NCBI GenBank assembly: GCA_012295275.1
Contig: CM022671.1
Span: 1,488,001 to 1,552,000, forward strand
Reading direction: 5' to 3'
DNA: 64,000 bases
DNA from: Chrysomallon squamiferum
Taxonomy: Eukaryota > Animalia > Mollusca
The position numbers were made by a program, and so were the translations under genes. Of this stretch, positions 1 to 15,815 are shown in pieces (the first letter of the stretch is position 1; the number at the start of each line of letters is the position of its first letter). Under the pieces are notes generated by a model. The model saw only the letters and a list, made by a program, of their open reading frames with translations. It was not told where the DNA came from and did not search any database.

Positions 1-513
1 AAAACAAAAATTAAAAATTAAATTAAAGAAAAAATTTAAAAAAATTAAATTAGAGAAATATATATTTTTTTAAAATAGCTATTAGTAAAAATTGTCAAAT
101 CAGACTGAGGTACTACAATCGTAGGAATTTAATACTTTGCCAAAATGGAAACAAAAAACCTTTTCAGACCGAGGCACTAGCTATTTCTATAATTACGAAG
201 ACGTGATTAAAATACAATCGCTACAAAGTCACATATATATGTATATGTGTGTGTATATCACTGTGTTTTATCACTTAAAATAGTTAACAAAATATGTACA
301 AAAGCAAAATTATGGTGTTTAATAAAGAGTAAACTGGAGAATTATCGCCGCGTCTTTCAAGAGATTTCAGTTTGTGATAGGAAACTTGAAAACCGGTAGT
401 TTTATACAAGGATTGAATCTTTATTGCCTGCTTGCTTATTTATTTATTTATTTATTTATTTATTGTTTATTTATTTAGTTGTTTGGTTTGTTTGTTTGTT
501 TATTTATATTTTC

Positions 514-548
<35 letters not shown>

Positions 549-877
549 TGCTATTATTTATTTATTTATTTATTTATTTTTTTTAGATAAACGCATTATT
601 AAATGTATTATTTGATTTTCATTTGATGTATTTTGTTTTGAAGACAGAGATAAATGTTGTTCACACGGAGAAAAAAACATCATGTTCTGTTAAACTATAA
701 TGTGCAATTTTAGGTCGGATTTTCAGCTCGCGAAAAACTCTCAGAGGGCGTGTCTGATTTATTTAACCGTTTTATTATGATGATGATGATCATTATTATT
801 ATTATTATTATTAAAATTATTATTATTATTATTATTATTATTATTGTTATTATTATTATTAAAATTGTTATTAACCG

Positions 878-913
<36 letters not shown>

Positions 914-2531
914 AATTGTTACTTTAATAATATTATTATAGTTATTATTAGTAAACTGTTGTTGTTGTTTGTTTATTTTTTTTTTTTTTTTTTTCTAAAA
1001 TAAAACAAAGTTTAACTGATAAAGTTGAAGTTTCAAAAGAATTTGTAAAATTGTGTGTTAAGATGATGGCACATATTAAATTATAGTGTGTTTTTTTGTT
1101 GTTTTTTAAAATTATTTTTATATAAATTAATCCAGAAATATTTGTTTTGTAGTATTATTCTGATTCTGATTATTATTATTATTATTGTCGTTGTCGTTGT
1201 TGTTGTTGTGTTGTTGTTGTTCTTAAATGTACCATATATTCAACAAGACCAAATTTAAAATAATAGTAATAATAATAACTTGTATATAAATAAGTTAATA
1301 AATACAAATTTTAAAATCTTGTAAGAAATGATCCAAATATTTTGTTCTGCAAACATTTCCTTTGAGCTTCATTTCTACTTATATCATTAAGTTATTTATT
1401 TATTTATTTATTTATTTGTTTATTTGTTTGTTTATTTGTTTGTTTATTTATTACTATTTTTAAAGTTGTGGTCTCAGATATTTTTATTGTCAGTGTTAAA
1501 TGTGCAATATATATCAATATGATTACCATTTTTGGTATTACTGACATCATTAATACTGTTACTATTCTTTTTTATTTTATTTCCATTTTATTTTTTAATT
1601 GTTTCCAGTCTTCATCCTCTTCTTTTTAATATTGTTATTTTTATTTGTATTACTGATTCTACTGTTGTTATTGTTATTGCATTGTATGGTAGCACTTTGC
1701 AGTCTAATTTTATCTTCGTAACTCTACAACAACAACGACATCTATAATAACGAGAACAACATCAGCAGAACAATAAACACTACTACTACTACTACTACCA
1801 TTACTACACTACTACTACCATTACTACACTACTACTACCACTACTACTACTTATATACTGATACTACTACTACTACTACTACTACTAATAATAAAAAATT
1901 AAAAACATTTACACCGGACAAACTGAAACACAACTAACACTCGCTCTTTTATTCTGTATAGCTCATCACAAAGGGCAGTTAATTCAGTTTACACCGGAAC
2001 GTCAGTAACCCACCAACAGACGGCGCTTAATCCCTGGCGGCAAGTGTCACGTCTGCGCGCGCACGCTTTTCGGCTATTTCCGTGGCGCACCGACTTCGCG
2101 AGAGGGAAGCAAAGCTTTAAAAATGTCCATAAGTGTAGTTTCACCTTATTAAATTTCAACTGACTGTCCCACTAAATTAAACTGCGAGCAATCGAGTCGA
2201 AACTGTATCTGCCGGTTTAAAGGCAAACCGATAATTAGTGATACCTAAGTATAGCGAAATAACCCGTCTGCTTGCGAAGTAGCTCGAGACGTTCACGTGC
2301 CAGTGGAAGCAGCGCGTGCTCGCAAGACATTCATATAATTACGATTCTGTTTTAGAAACGAAAGGTGATTCGGCAAATGGTGGTGAAACGACCAGTATTT
2401 TACATTTCATTGGCGTGTTAATATTTATTTAAATTTTATTTTATTTTGAATTTTACAACCTTAATTTGGTTTGTGTTGTGTTTTCTTCTTTTTATTTTAT
2501 TTTATTTCATTTCATTTTATTTTATTTCATT

Positions 2532-2566
<35 letters not shown>

Positions 2567-4382
2567 TCTTCGCACCAAACTGACCCTGAAAGAAAATAAA
2601 GGAACTAAAAGTTTTTTTTTTTTTTTAAAACAAGCAAAAAAATGAAAAACCACAAACGAATTGATACATTTTATAGTGAAATAAATGGAAAAGTCTATTA
2701 ATGTTCGTTTATGTCGTAGTCATACGTCGTTGCTTAGCATCACGTCATTTGATTATGGGTCATGGTTCGTGGGGTATCGTCAAACCAATAAGCAGCAAAT
2801 AAAAACTAAGATTTCATTGGTGCAAAATATACCAAAAAGAAAAAAAAAACCTATTTTCTATAGCACTACATTAATATATTAAAAGATTCACGTTATGGCC
2901 GAACTGAATAGTGCACAAAGTATAATAAAATTATAAGGAAATGATACGATGTTTGTCGGTAAGGTTTGTTAGTGTTACAGAATGATTATATACTATAAAT
3001 TATTGTCAGCATCCATTCTTTTTTTATTTTATTATTATTATGTTTTTGATATGACCGTGAAAGAATGTTTTACAATTACTGAATATGTTTTAAGTAGTCC
3101 TTTGACGAATGTAACATGCTTTTATCTAGGAATGCATCAACTCTTTTCATCCATTAGCAGCGAGCAACGTTTATACACTGGTTACTTCCCAGACTGATAA
3201 CTGATACGTTTATGTTGTTGTTGTTGTTGTTGTTGTTATTATTTAGAGGTTAACTGGGAAATAAATTTTTAGCGAATTAATAAGATCTGTTGTTTTGCTT
3301 TTGTTTCTTAGATTTCATACAATACTTATGTTGTTCATTTTATTTTTTCATTATTAATTTTAAATTTTTTATATTTATTTTATTTTATTTTATTTTGAAG
3401 AAGCTCTCTGATACTTCAGCTCACTTGTTTTTTTGTTTTTTTTTATTAACATCAAGTGATATTTTTATTTACTCATTCAAACAATATAATATATAATATA
3501 AAATAATTTTTAAAAATTACATTTTTTTTTTTATTAAAAAGTAATGATGGAAAAGAAAGGTATTTTTAACTTATTGTTTAGCAGAATAAACACAAATTAA
3601 AACTTATTGAAGAGAAAGCGGAGAGGCCCAAAGAGGGTTTGCTTATTGTCTGTGTGCGTGACACGTAGATAACATAATTATGTATCAACACGCCCGGGCA
3701 CGTGAGCAGAACACGCCATGAAACAAACAACCAGTACATTTAAAACAACTTCTCTATAAACAACAAAAACATTCTCAACATAACGTGACCTCTTTTCAAC
3801 CCAAACACGACCATTTTTCCAGCACAGAACACGCCAACAATGACTGGCAGTGAACGACAGTCCCCGGAAAAGAGCCGAGGTTTACCGGGATGAAAGAAAA
3901 TTGCACCCTCCACCCACCCGACTAACGTTCATTAAGTTCGCGAGCGATCAGATGGTCGATCATGTTACTAGAAAACTGACACGACAACAAGGAAGCGAGA
4001 CTTTCCCTCTTCAGTCCGCGAAGATCTTCATCGCTAATGCGTGCGCGTCCCGTCTGCGAGAAATCACTGTCATTACTCCGCACTTTTCACGTCCGCTGAT
4101 TTATGTCGCTCGGTCGCGTGCTTCTAATGCACGTGAAGCGCGCGCTGATGAAAGGTAGGCGTAGCGAAAGTGGTGGTTCCAGTTCAGCTACAGATGTAGC
4201 AGCTTCTGTGTTTTGAGTGATCTAGTACCGTTCTAGTCTCCAACAACATCCCAGTGCAATGGAGATAGCCGTGTATTTAGTTGACTGGAATTTTGTTTAA
4301 AACAAATATAAAAATAATGAAAATTTCTTAGACGTTTCTGGATCTTTTGTCTTTCTTTGTATATCAATTATCTGTTCAGCTT

Positions 4383-4387
<5 letters not shown>

Positions 4388-4469
<82 letters not shown>
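4388..4469. repeat. (CT)n microsatellite
   Basis: Pure dinucleotide run. Confidence 0.97.
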
Positions 4470-4471
<2 letters not shown>

Positions 4472-4657
4472 CCCCTACTTACCTATCATTCTTGCATTTC
4501 TCATCTCTCTGACTTGTATATTATGTGGGGTTTTTTAATAATTTTCAGCGAATTTTCAGTTTGCTTCAGTTTTAATTATCATATCAGTGCTAGAAACAAA
4601 CAAACAATAACAAAAGAAAAAAAAAACACCTAACATCATCATCGTCATCATCATCAC

Positions 4658-4701
<44 letters not shown>

Positions 4702-6685
4702 GAGTCTTTGGGAAGGCGCATGTAAAATATATTTTGCTGATGATCGATACAAATGTGTTTTGCTTGACGATATACATGAGACATGAAACCAAAGCTGAAA
4801 ATACCTTTTGTACAAAGTTAAATAATGTTTTCCTTATTAATTTTTACAAGTCAGAAGTTCTTATCATTTTCACTATTAATGGATTGGCTGTCAGGATTGA
4901 ACATGAGTGAGTTTAGTGAGTTAGCAAGTTAGTTTAGCTAAGATTAGTATATTATGTTCCGTTAAAATGAACCCTAATGGAAAACCTAAAAAAAAAAACA
5001 CAATCAAGTTCATGTCGTTCCTTTGAAACGTTTACTGAAAGATCTTAAAAAAATAAATAAATAAAAAAATAAACCAAATCATTCTTTTATTCTGGCATGT
5101 CTGCTCTAAATTGAGAACAAACCTTTTAACTCAATTCACGTAAAAATAAAAAAAAAAAAAAAAAAAAATGGGGAGGGTAAACAAAAAAAATATGTATATA
5201 TAAAATAAAAGAGAGAGACATGAATCGTATCTCTTCCTATCAAAACTTTGAACTGTCTTTTTTCGTGATGTCAGAGGATTGTGTGCCAGCGACCCAGCGA
5301 TCTGGGCCGAGCTTCGGTTGCCGTTTGATAGGCAATAACGTTTTTAATTCCATGCAGCCATGCCAGTAAGTTCTATTTCCAGGCCAAGAATAACGTCATA
5401 CGGCGAAAGAAGCGTGCTTCCAAATGGAAGTACTAATAGAATAATGGTTTCGAACGCGTGACGCCTCAGTTGAGACGAGCCCACTGCTAAAGACTGGATA
5501 ATTACTTAAATGGACAATGTTTTATTAGAATATTCGACAATATTGCCGAAAAGGTCGACAAGACCATGCCCGTCTGCTTCGACAAAGCGATGAAATGTGT
5601 ACGGCTTTCGAAGCAAGTGCCATGAACAGACGTGTAATGAGAGTTTAAGTGCTGGTACATTCTTCGCGGCGATCCCTCCTTGTTTTCGACCTTGCCGTCT
5701 AACCGTTACTAATTGTTATTCCATTATCTAATTTGCGGAGAGAAAAAAGACAAATTGGTGCGTTATTGTGCAAAACGTTTTGTTCGTCTGCTTGAAACAA
5801 GAAATGTCGTCACGTGACTTGTAAAAAAGTGACCTGGCGCAGGGATCCGAAGCGGAAGACGGAAATGTGGGTCACGCCGGTGACTGGTGCATCAGGGTAG
5901 TGTTTGAAGTGAAGGGGGAATGAGGGTGACTGAGTGGATAGGGGCGAGGGGATGTGAAATACAACGATTTCGCTGATGGTAACGAGATAACATTTTCTAT
6001 CGAAGGAGAATTTTGTTGTTCTTATTTTCTTTTTGAAGGTGGTACATTATCATAACTAAAATTTAATTTTATTAATTGGTATTAATTAAAAATGTAACCC
6101 AAAAAAAAAAAAAAAAAAAAAAAAAAGAAAAGAAAAAAAAATAAAAAAAGAAGCCTTTAAATAAATAAATAATGGACGAAGTTCGTAGATGTCTTTACAA
6201 CGACTCTCTAAAACAGCTCTGTGTATGATTTAAACAACTGCTGTGCACTGTTACAGTTTATCACACTTTAAACGTTATTTTCTTTCAAAGCAACAGTTTC
6301 CGCGCAGACCATATTTTGGGGAATTTTATTACTGCGATGTTATTTTCTTTATAATTTACTCGTATTTAGTTAACGCGCACACAACCCATGACAACTGCGG
6401 TACACCCAATCGTGACGTCATACTGAAACAAAAAACACTGGTCCAGAGCAGTCGTCGCTTCTTGCAGCGTAGTGTGATATCAAATATCAATCTACGAAAT
6501 TGAACTGCGAATCATATTTGGCGATTTATTCCATGCGGGGGGCGCATAGGAATGATAACCGAAACAACAGTTCTCAGAGTTGCTTCCCCTGGGGTCGCTG
6601 GTTGCTGATTGCGCAGCGAATTGTAACTGATATAAAAAGCTTTAATGAATCGCCGATGGTTAAATTAAAAGTCTGATTCATAATG

Positions 6686-6746
<61 letters not shown>

Positions 6747-6826
6747 GCAACTTAGGGATTGTTCATGGCTAAAGTTTGGAATGCGTTTGCACCAAAATGT
6801 TGTTGTTATTATTATTAATAATATTA

Positions 6827-6892
<66 letters not shown>

Positions 6893-8134
6893 CTCTTAAA
6901 GTCTAACGACAAGACTTCCCAATGGTTATCCACCTAATAACAACATCATCATTACTTCAGTTATGATGATCATCATCACCATTACAACTTGAGAACCTTC
7001 CCCTTAATCATTTCTGCTAACAACAGGATCATTATCATTACATACCATATATTAATCATCATCGTCATCATTAGCACCTACAATCATCTTTCAGCTAAAC
7101 CATAACCATCATCATCATCATCAACACCATAACCATCATCGACATCACTGCCACAGAAACCTTTTACAACATCAACCGTTTCCAACAGAACAGAAAGAGA
7201 TAAGATTTTTTAAAAAGTTAGGAAAACGATTCCTCGACGTCAACGCGATAAGCCAGCGCGATCGTGTTTCCTCTCAGATCTGCGAGATCTGAAAAACGAT
7301 CGCTTCCTGCAGTGACGTTTCGGAACCTCACGTTTCGAGTTATCGAGAGCCGCGAGGCCAAGCAGAACGTATTAAAACTCGAACTCAGCGGTACCCGCAA
7401 CGTCCGGCATCGCCATTTTCATCGGGAACGCTAGCGTAATCGCCGTTCGAGAAATCGTAAACCGTAAGCATCATTACGAACATCAGCGAACAAGAACTGA
7501 TCCCCGCGACAAACGATCGCTCGATTATCTGGCGCGAAATCGGCACTTTAGGCCCTGCGGCCATTTTCCAAATTAATTTACAAAGCATTTATCGAGCAGG
7601 GGATCTCGCCGGCTACGCGAGTCAATTACAGCGACAGCACTGTTCTGTCTTTACGACTCGAGCTGACAGCGATAACTCGAAATTAGACGTCCGGAGAACA
7701 GTATCAGAGAGATCGCCCGTTGTAAGGGGAAATAATCGATTGTGTCTCGTCTTTGGGAATCATGTTAAATAGAGAGGCGTGCGGGTAGAGTGCTTTCCGG
7801 TGAGGGTTAGAGTTAAACTGTTAAAGAAAGTAAATTATATTCCTTATCTGTTTATCTGTTTGTGTGTGTCTGTCTATGTACCGACATAATATTACAGTTA
7901 TATGTGACATACATACACATATAACAAACGGGTATTATATATCTAACTATCTATCTATATGTAATAAAATGTATCTAGATGATGATGATCATCATCATAA
8001 TGACAAGACACTAACTCCATATGACTGTCTATAATAATTTACATGTATTTGTGTTCGTGTGCATATGAAAGAAAACAGCAGAACAACACCGACAACACCA
8101 TCAACACCACCAACAACGACAAACACAACAACAG

Positions 8135-8165
<31 letters not shown>

Positions 8166-8461
8166 AATAATAATAATAAAGAGGAAGAAGATGATTTATA
8201 ACGTGTAGGAGGAAGAACAAATAATGTCGACAGTTCTCTCTCGTAAATACGTTTTTTTTTTTTTTTATTGAACATGGTTGTTTCTCGTTCAAACCCGAAT
8301 AGGTAACATGGTTACCCCTACCAGTGTTTTCAGGCTGTATGGTTATAGATGGATGAATGAATAGTGATGATAACATCATTGTATTAACAACGAGAATAAT
8401 CATAATGACAATAATGATCAACATGAAAGGAAAATAAAATAAAACAGAACATATTATATAT

Positions 8462-8494
<33 letters not shown>

Positions 8495-9037
8495 ATTCAT
8501 AAAAAAGTCGAAGGGTTTAATTCCGTTATATAAATCAGATACAATCAGATATAAAGAAATATAGCCATCGTATTAAACGATTGAAATAATAATTATAACG
8601 TTATTAAAAATATATGCGGTCTATTACCTTATCAGATAAATGATTTATATAACAAAATGTCCTTCGGTTCTATTTTCGGCTGCTGTTATATATATAATAC
8701 ATATAACTTAGTGTGTTTTGTGTGTAGGGTTTCAAGTAGGCTTGTTAGGGATGTGATGGTGTTAAATGTCTGGGTTTGGTAATTTGCCTACAAGTGTTTA
8801 ATAATAATAATAAAAATATATATTCGCAAAAGGAACGAATAAATAAGTATAGAAAATAAAATAAAATAAAATAAAATAAAATAAAATAAAATAAAATGGT
8901 CGAGTATGATTGAAACAAAATTAAGGTAAAATAATTCAGTCTATTTTTAAACGTTTAATTATGAACAACTTTATTCTAAGAAATACTTGAATAATGTTTT
9001 TTAAATAAAATAAAATAAAATAAAATAAAATAAAAAA

Positions 9038-9107
<70 letters not shown>

Positions 9108-9151
9108 TGAAGGAATAAGCATGTGAATTAATTAAAGAATAAGTTAAATAC

Positions 9152-9262
<111 letters not shown>

Positions 9263-9789
9263 TCATTATCATTTTTTTTTTTTTCAAACAATTATTATAA
9301 TTTTAAAATTTAAAAATTACAAGCCGGTGAATTATTTAAAGAGAGATAAAGGAAAAAGATAATCTGAGAAATGAAAGAAGGATTAACTAAATCCGTGTAC
9401 CGTCACACACACCTGAGGCGCTTTAGACCTAATCCAGTGACGTGAATAAATAAAACTGAATAATCCTCACTTGAAGTGATTAAAATAATAACACCGGAGT
9501 CTATTAAAAATGTATGCAGTTTTATTACCACTTCAAAAGCGTTATCCTGTTTTAATCTGGTTTTCTTTCAGTTTCGAGTTTTATTCTTTCGGGTATTCAA
9601 GTGTGAATGCAGGATGTAAGCAAGTTTCTGGCAGGTCAGTGATACAACTGATCAAGTGGTATTGTGAAACGTGTATTTATTATTATATACTACAGTGAAG
9701 TGAAGAAATAAATAAATAAACGAATGAAGAAATATCGAACGGAATAAATGAATGAATGAATGAAAACCTAAAACAAATAAAGCATTAGC

Positions 9790-9830
<41 letters not shown>

Positions 9831-11969
9831 TATAATAATAATATTGATAAGGATGATAATAATAATAGTCATAATGATGATGATGATAATAATAATAATT
9901 ATATAAATAAATAATCCATTAATAATAATAAGAAGAAGAAGAAGAAGAAGAAAACCCACTAATGTTAAGGAATTGTTTGCCTAAACACGGTAAAGGAAAC
10001 ACATTAAAATCAATATCTAGTAAAAAATCACAAAAATACATTTTTTTAATATCTGTGTTCACGCCTGAAGAAAACCAATTAATAAAAATTGAAAAAAATT
10101 ATATTAAATTAAAAGAATTAAAAGATGAAGAAATAAAATAATATCGAAATTACAAAGCGTTAAAAATTAATTACTGTAATAAGTAATAATTAAGCCTATG
10201 TTTCACGCAGTATTACGGGTATAAAACTCCAACAACAAAAAATGTAATCAGAATAGAATCGGGTACATCTGTCCATACAGCTTCTAGATGTAAAGAGAAA
10301 CCCGTGCATGCGTGCGAGGTGAGAACATATTGTGCACGTGTCGAAAATAAGCTAACTGCTTTTAGTGCAAGCGGCATTTAGTCGAAAAATGCTCCTCTGC
10401 AAACAGCATCTCGCTGTTTAATTATATCGTGTGTTAACTTTTAAACTCGACAAAGGCAGCTTTTGCTTTGTGAAGAAGAATGTACAACCAACACCATTTC
10501 AACAGGACAGCGTCAAATATAAAGCGCCACCTTTTGTGCGAATGTGCCTGCTTTGTCATAAGGGAAGTAACTCTAAGATGTTAATGGTAAAGTCGGGTTG
10601 AAATCGCTGCTTAAGACCACAAATCATTCCAGTGATGCATGCGAACGCCTGCGCCAGTGAAGCGAAGCGTGAAAAGATAAATAGTTGTTGGTTTTTGGTC
10701 GCTTATGTACATGAGAAACGATAACTAAAGAGGACTGGAGTTTTCGTCGCTTGTGCGAAGATCTAATAACCCTTTTAAATCACCGTGACTCATGTTTCCC
10801 GCTAATGAACACCAAAATCTTCTCCTCGGTCCATACAGGTGTGTCTTTTTTTTCTTTCTTTCTTTTTTTTTTAAAGAAAAGAATAATATAAAAAAGCCGA
10901 AGTCAGTCATGAGAAAGGATCCTCCCTAGCCATCATACGACCGCTCGCCCCTCGGGCTCTACGCCGTATTCCGTGATGGTAATTATCGGTGGAAAAATGC
11001 GCCATTTTTTGGTCACGGTTGGAAAAAGAACATTCGCCGCTCGATAGCTAGCATCATGAAAAATTTGTTTAGTTAATCTGCCTCCAAGACGATTAGCCCT
11101 GACAGGGAACCTCGGCAGACGACAATGCCGCTTCGCAGGGGGTCTGTTGCTCCAATTGCAGCAATAAAATCATCCCGAAGATTAAGAATAGAAAAATCTG
11201 AGTCTTTTCGCAGGAGATTGCTTCCGTTCACTCGGAATTTTAAAGACCATCGCCCGCAACTCTTTTCTTGCCGTTAAGAGTTACTCTTTAATTTCGCTCC
11301 GGCGTCCCGTAGCGCTATTTGGCTTTGGGAAAAAGCAGTTATTATTGGCGTTGCCTCTGGCCACAAGCGCGGGATATTTAAAGTGAAAGGGACACAAAGC
11401 CGAGTTTTTACGTCAGTGAGCCCGCTAAGTCGACCCTGCGCGAGATCCGCGCCGTTTCGATGATGTTCTATCGGACGCCATCTCAATTGATGCGATTAAG
11501 CATGTCTTGTTGAATCACACACATCAAAATGTCGACTCGATGCGCCGAGGATGATAGCGTTCTCCAAGTCCGACTCTTTAAATTCGGTGAGGAAGAAAAA
11601 AAAAAAGTTCGAGGACTACGTAAAGGCTAAGGTTTTTGTGAACTGCGTTATGGGAACTGAGTAATATAATTACTAAATCTTGCTTGTGATAATTAAACAG
11701 GTTTTCTTTATTTCATAGAAACAGGCACACGTCCAAGGTTACTTAATTGTATTACGTTAACTAAATAAAGACAATGAAAATTAAAAACGAAAGAGCAAGT
11801 AAATGTTAACGGATTTATTACAACTGCATATAAATTGAAAAATAATTATAATAAAAACATCATTTATTACAAGAATAAGAAACAAAAAAGAACAACAATA
11901 AAAATAACACAATAACAAGAATAATAATAATAATAATAATAACAATAATAATAATAATTATAATAATAA

Positions 11970-12000
<31 letters not shown>

Positions 12001-12360
12001 AAGAAGAAGAAGAAGAAGAAGAAGAAGGACTATAACAATAATATATGAATAAATAAATAATAGTAATAATAATAATAAAATGGCGATGACGTTGGTGAGG
12101 TTAATGAAGAACTAAAACAAAGAAGATAACTTGACGTATAATCTTGGTGACTTGTTTCTCTTAGTCTATTAATTTTGCAAACAGAGAAAACAGATAACTA
12201 GTGTATTACATTTTCTCTCGATTTTATGGACCTCGGCTTTCCGAATATCGGGAAACCTGGACAAAATATCGAAAATTAAAAAAAATTTAGAACTGCATTC
12301 ATAACTGGTTCATATTTTTATTAATTATTATTATCATTACTATATTGTTGTATTTGTTGC

Positions 12361-12415
<55 letters not shown>

Positions 12416-13731
12416 TTGAAGATGATGATGATGATGATGATAATAATAATAATAATAATATTTATAATTAATAATGTATTTATTATTATTATTACTGTTG
12501 CAGTTTTTGTTGTTAAACGAGATTTAAATGAAATGAATATTTAACTCTACGTGACACATTTCAGGTATTTTATTCGTTTCTAATAAATATTAGTTTTCTC
12601 TTTGTGTAATTGCGTTAAAACTGAGAAAGAAATGTGAATCACTTTGAATCAGGGTTTTTTTTTTTTTTTTTTTTTTTTTTTATCTTTGCTCTGATTTAAT
12701 GAATAAAGTGATTTAATTTAATTATGCAGAAGTGCGCATGTAATATGTTTCATTTTATTTTTTAATTTACGGCGACGAAAAGTAAATTAAACACAGTATT
12801 ACGTTTCTCGGGGGAGATCAATGACGTCATCAGACCTTCCGGAATCCGACAAATGACGAGTGACAAACGAAACATGTTTATGTTATGAGATTCAATTTAG
12901 CGATCAAAGTCAACGTCCAGTTTTGATCCTACAACGCCTGAGGTAGCAAATAGATACGAAAAAATTCATAATTAACCGCGCAAATAAAAGAAAACACGCA
13001 ATTGAAAAAAGAACTATCGTGTTTGCTGTTTTCCATAACCTTGCCGGAAGTGAAGTCTAAATCAACGCCATGAAACGGAAACCAGCGTCATCGCAGAAAG
13101 ACGACCACGTTAATGAGATAATGGGACGAAAATCGGAGTTTACGACATCGTGCCACGAAGGAAAACAAAAAAGAGTGCAAACTAAAGTAATCGAACCCGG
13201 CTATCTAAATATTTCACCGAAAGAACAATGTATCTGAACATCGCGGAAAACCGGGCCTTTTTATCGAGGCGGGAACGCATCCGGCACGAAAGCCGCGCAT
13301 GAAGCGATGGGCAAAAACGAAGATCAACATGGACGCCATTTTTGTCAGCGGAATCACTTAGCAGGCGATAAGCGATGTAATAATACGCGAGCGAGCGGAT
13401 CGATTAACTTACGTTGTTTGTTGTTTTAGCGGTGTCGTCTGAGTTTGAGCGACACGCACCGCTGTTAAGTGCTGTGCTGAACTGTTTTGTTATCCTGTTG
13501 TGCGTGGACGTGCGGCTTTGTTTCTGTGGTCTACGCAAACACGTTCATTGAAAAGAACAAAAGCCAAATGGGAGAGGAAAATAATACAAATATTTTTGTA
13601 TATTAACCTACATATTCTTTGATTTGATTTGATTTTTTTTTTGTTCTTTTGTTTTAAAATGAATGAACTGAAAGGATGGATTTGATTGCTTGTTTTACTT
13701 TATAGTATATACCTCTAGTTATTGTAGAATG

Positions 13732-13784
<53 letters not shown>

Positions 13785-14054
13785 TTAATAATAAGAATAT
13801 TAATAATAATAATAATAATTAAAGGGATTAAAACAAGTTTAAAAAAAAGAAAATTAATTAACGAACACAGGAATGAATGGATTAATAAATAACACAATAC
13901 TTAAGAAAGAAAGAATGAATGAAAATTAAGAACTACAGATGAAGATTATTTATTTATTTATTTAAAAAGGAAGATTTGCCACCAGAAAACAGATTTGTCC
14001 GTTTTGTTGACGACATTCAGAATAAAACAGGAGAATAAATAGAAATAACTAAAG

Positions 14055-14109
<55 letters not shown>

Positions 14110-14789
14110 GACAAAGAAATATCATTCTTTCTGCTCATTGTATTCGACTCCCCTGAAGAAGAACCTAAATTATAAGTCCGTTTTATTTTTTTCATTCTTT
14201 TTATTATTTCCTGCCTTTTTATTGTTTGCGAATTTTTTTTTTTAAAATTTATTTCATAATTGTAAAGGAACAACTGTTAAGTCAGATAGTTTTATTCCAA
14301 ACTGATCTTACGGAAATATTAGGGAAAATCTTTTTTTTTTTTTTTTTTTTTTTTCTTCGTTTTTTTTTTTTTTTTCTTCGTTCCATAACTTGAGTTACTG
14401 TGATGCTCCAAAAATGATGGCTGGAAATCAAACATATGTTTGTTAATGATCGCGCACAAAAGTTAAACAAAACGCGTCCCTGGGCCAGCTTGTAAAGTCA
14501 AAAGCAGGACCTCCTTCAGCCAAATTAGCAATCATATTAGTGGTTATTTACCGACTTCGATTAGCAACTGGCAATGTTTGAAGTTCTCGAGAGCCATCGA
14601 TCCCTGCAGCAAATTAGAAATTAATCTATCGAATAATTATGACGAGTGTTTTCAAGCAATCTTCTTTCGCACACCGAGTCTGATAGACTGACAGCTGTTG
14701 GCTGGGTTACGCCACTTCGGTTCTGTAAGCAGACACTGTGAGTCAGTCTAGTGAAAATGACGGTCAAAAAGTTTTTCTTTTATATATGT

Positions 14790-14848
<59 letters not shown>

Positions 14849-14915
14849 TGTGTGTGTGCGCACGCGCGAGTTTGTGGTGTATCCTTTTAAATTGATATAT
14901 TCAATAATAAATAAT

Positions 14916-14957
<42 letters not shown>

Positions 14958-15699
14958 AGAAAGAGAGAGACACACACACACAGATAAAATATTTAAAAAA
15001 ACCACACACACACATCTCAATACTGAAACTATTATTTCTGTTTGTAAACTGATGGCAGTTGAGATTAACTAACAAATTATTATGTGTATTTATACATATA
15101 TCTGCATTTAATATCGTGAATTACTATGCCAGAAAATTATCATCATTATCATAATAACAATAAAAAAAAAAAAAAATAAAAAAACAAAAAATAAATAAAT
15201 AAATAAAGGAAGGAAGAAAGAAAAAGAAAGATTTTTTTTTATTTTATTCATTTTAATTATTTTTAAATATACAAAGTTTTAGTTAATTCTAATACATACA
15301 TATATATATATATATATACTCTCTCTGAAATGAAGACAATGGATGTTTTTCCGGGGTGAGTTTCGGAGAAATAACATTTATTTGTCATTACGCATTTTCT
15401 CTTAAATTTGAACTGGATCTGAAACATCATAATTAAAAATATTTAAATGTGTAATATAATACAATATAATACAATATAATATAATATAATACGACTTCCA
15501 CAACAACATTAACAAACTGCAGTCACCTTAAAAAACGTACAGCGTTACGCACCAGTCGACAGCGTTTGTGTTCAAAGACAATTGCGGCTGTTGAGATAAA
15601 ATCTAATTGTTTTTGTTTTCTTACAACCATCGAGCGCCCTTTCAGACATCAACCCCTCACGTTCCGCGCCTTCCACGGGCTGATCTATCACTACGCTTG

Positions 15700-15815
15700 T
15701 TGACCAGCAGCAGCACGTGCTACGTCTTTAACGAGCACGTGGCGCGTGCACCACGTGACGACTGTTTTGAATGTACCTGCTAATTGCACACTTGGTGCAT
15801 CGATAAAACGTGCAA
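15700..15815. promoter_or_regulatory. Candidate enhancer: bHLH E-box cluster
   Basis: CACGTG at 15714, 15736 and 15752, CGCGTG at 15743 and CACTTG ~15789, within a CpG-rich island. Confidence 0.4.

Noticed and set aside
13188-13201. Pol III B-box-like GGTTCGATT on the minus strand
   Set aside because: No A box or cloverleaf at the right distance.
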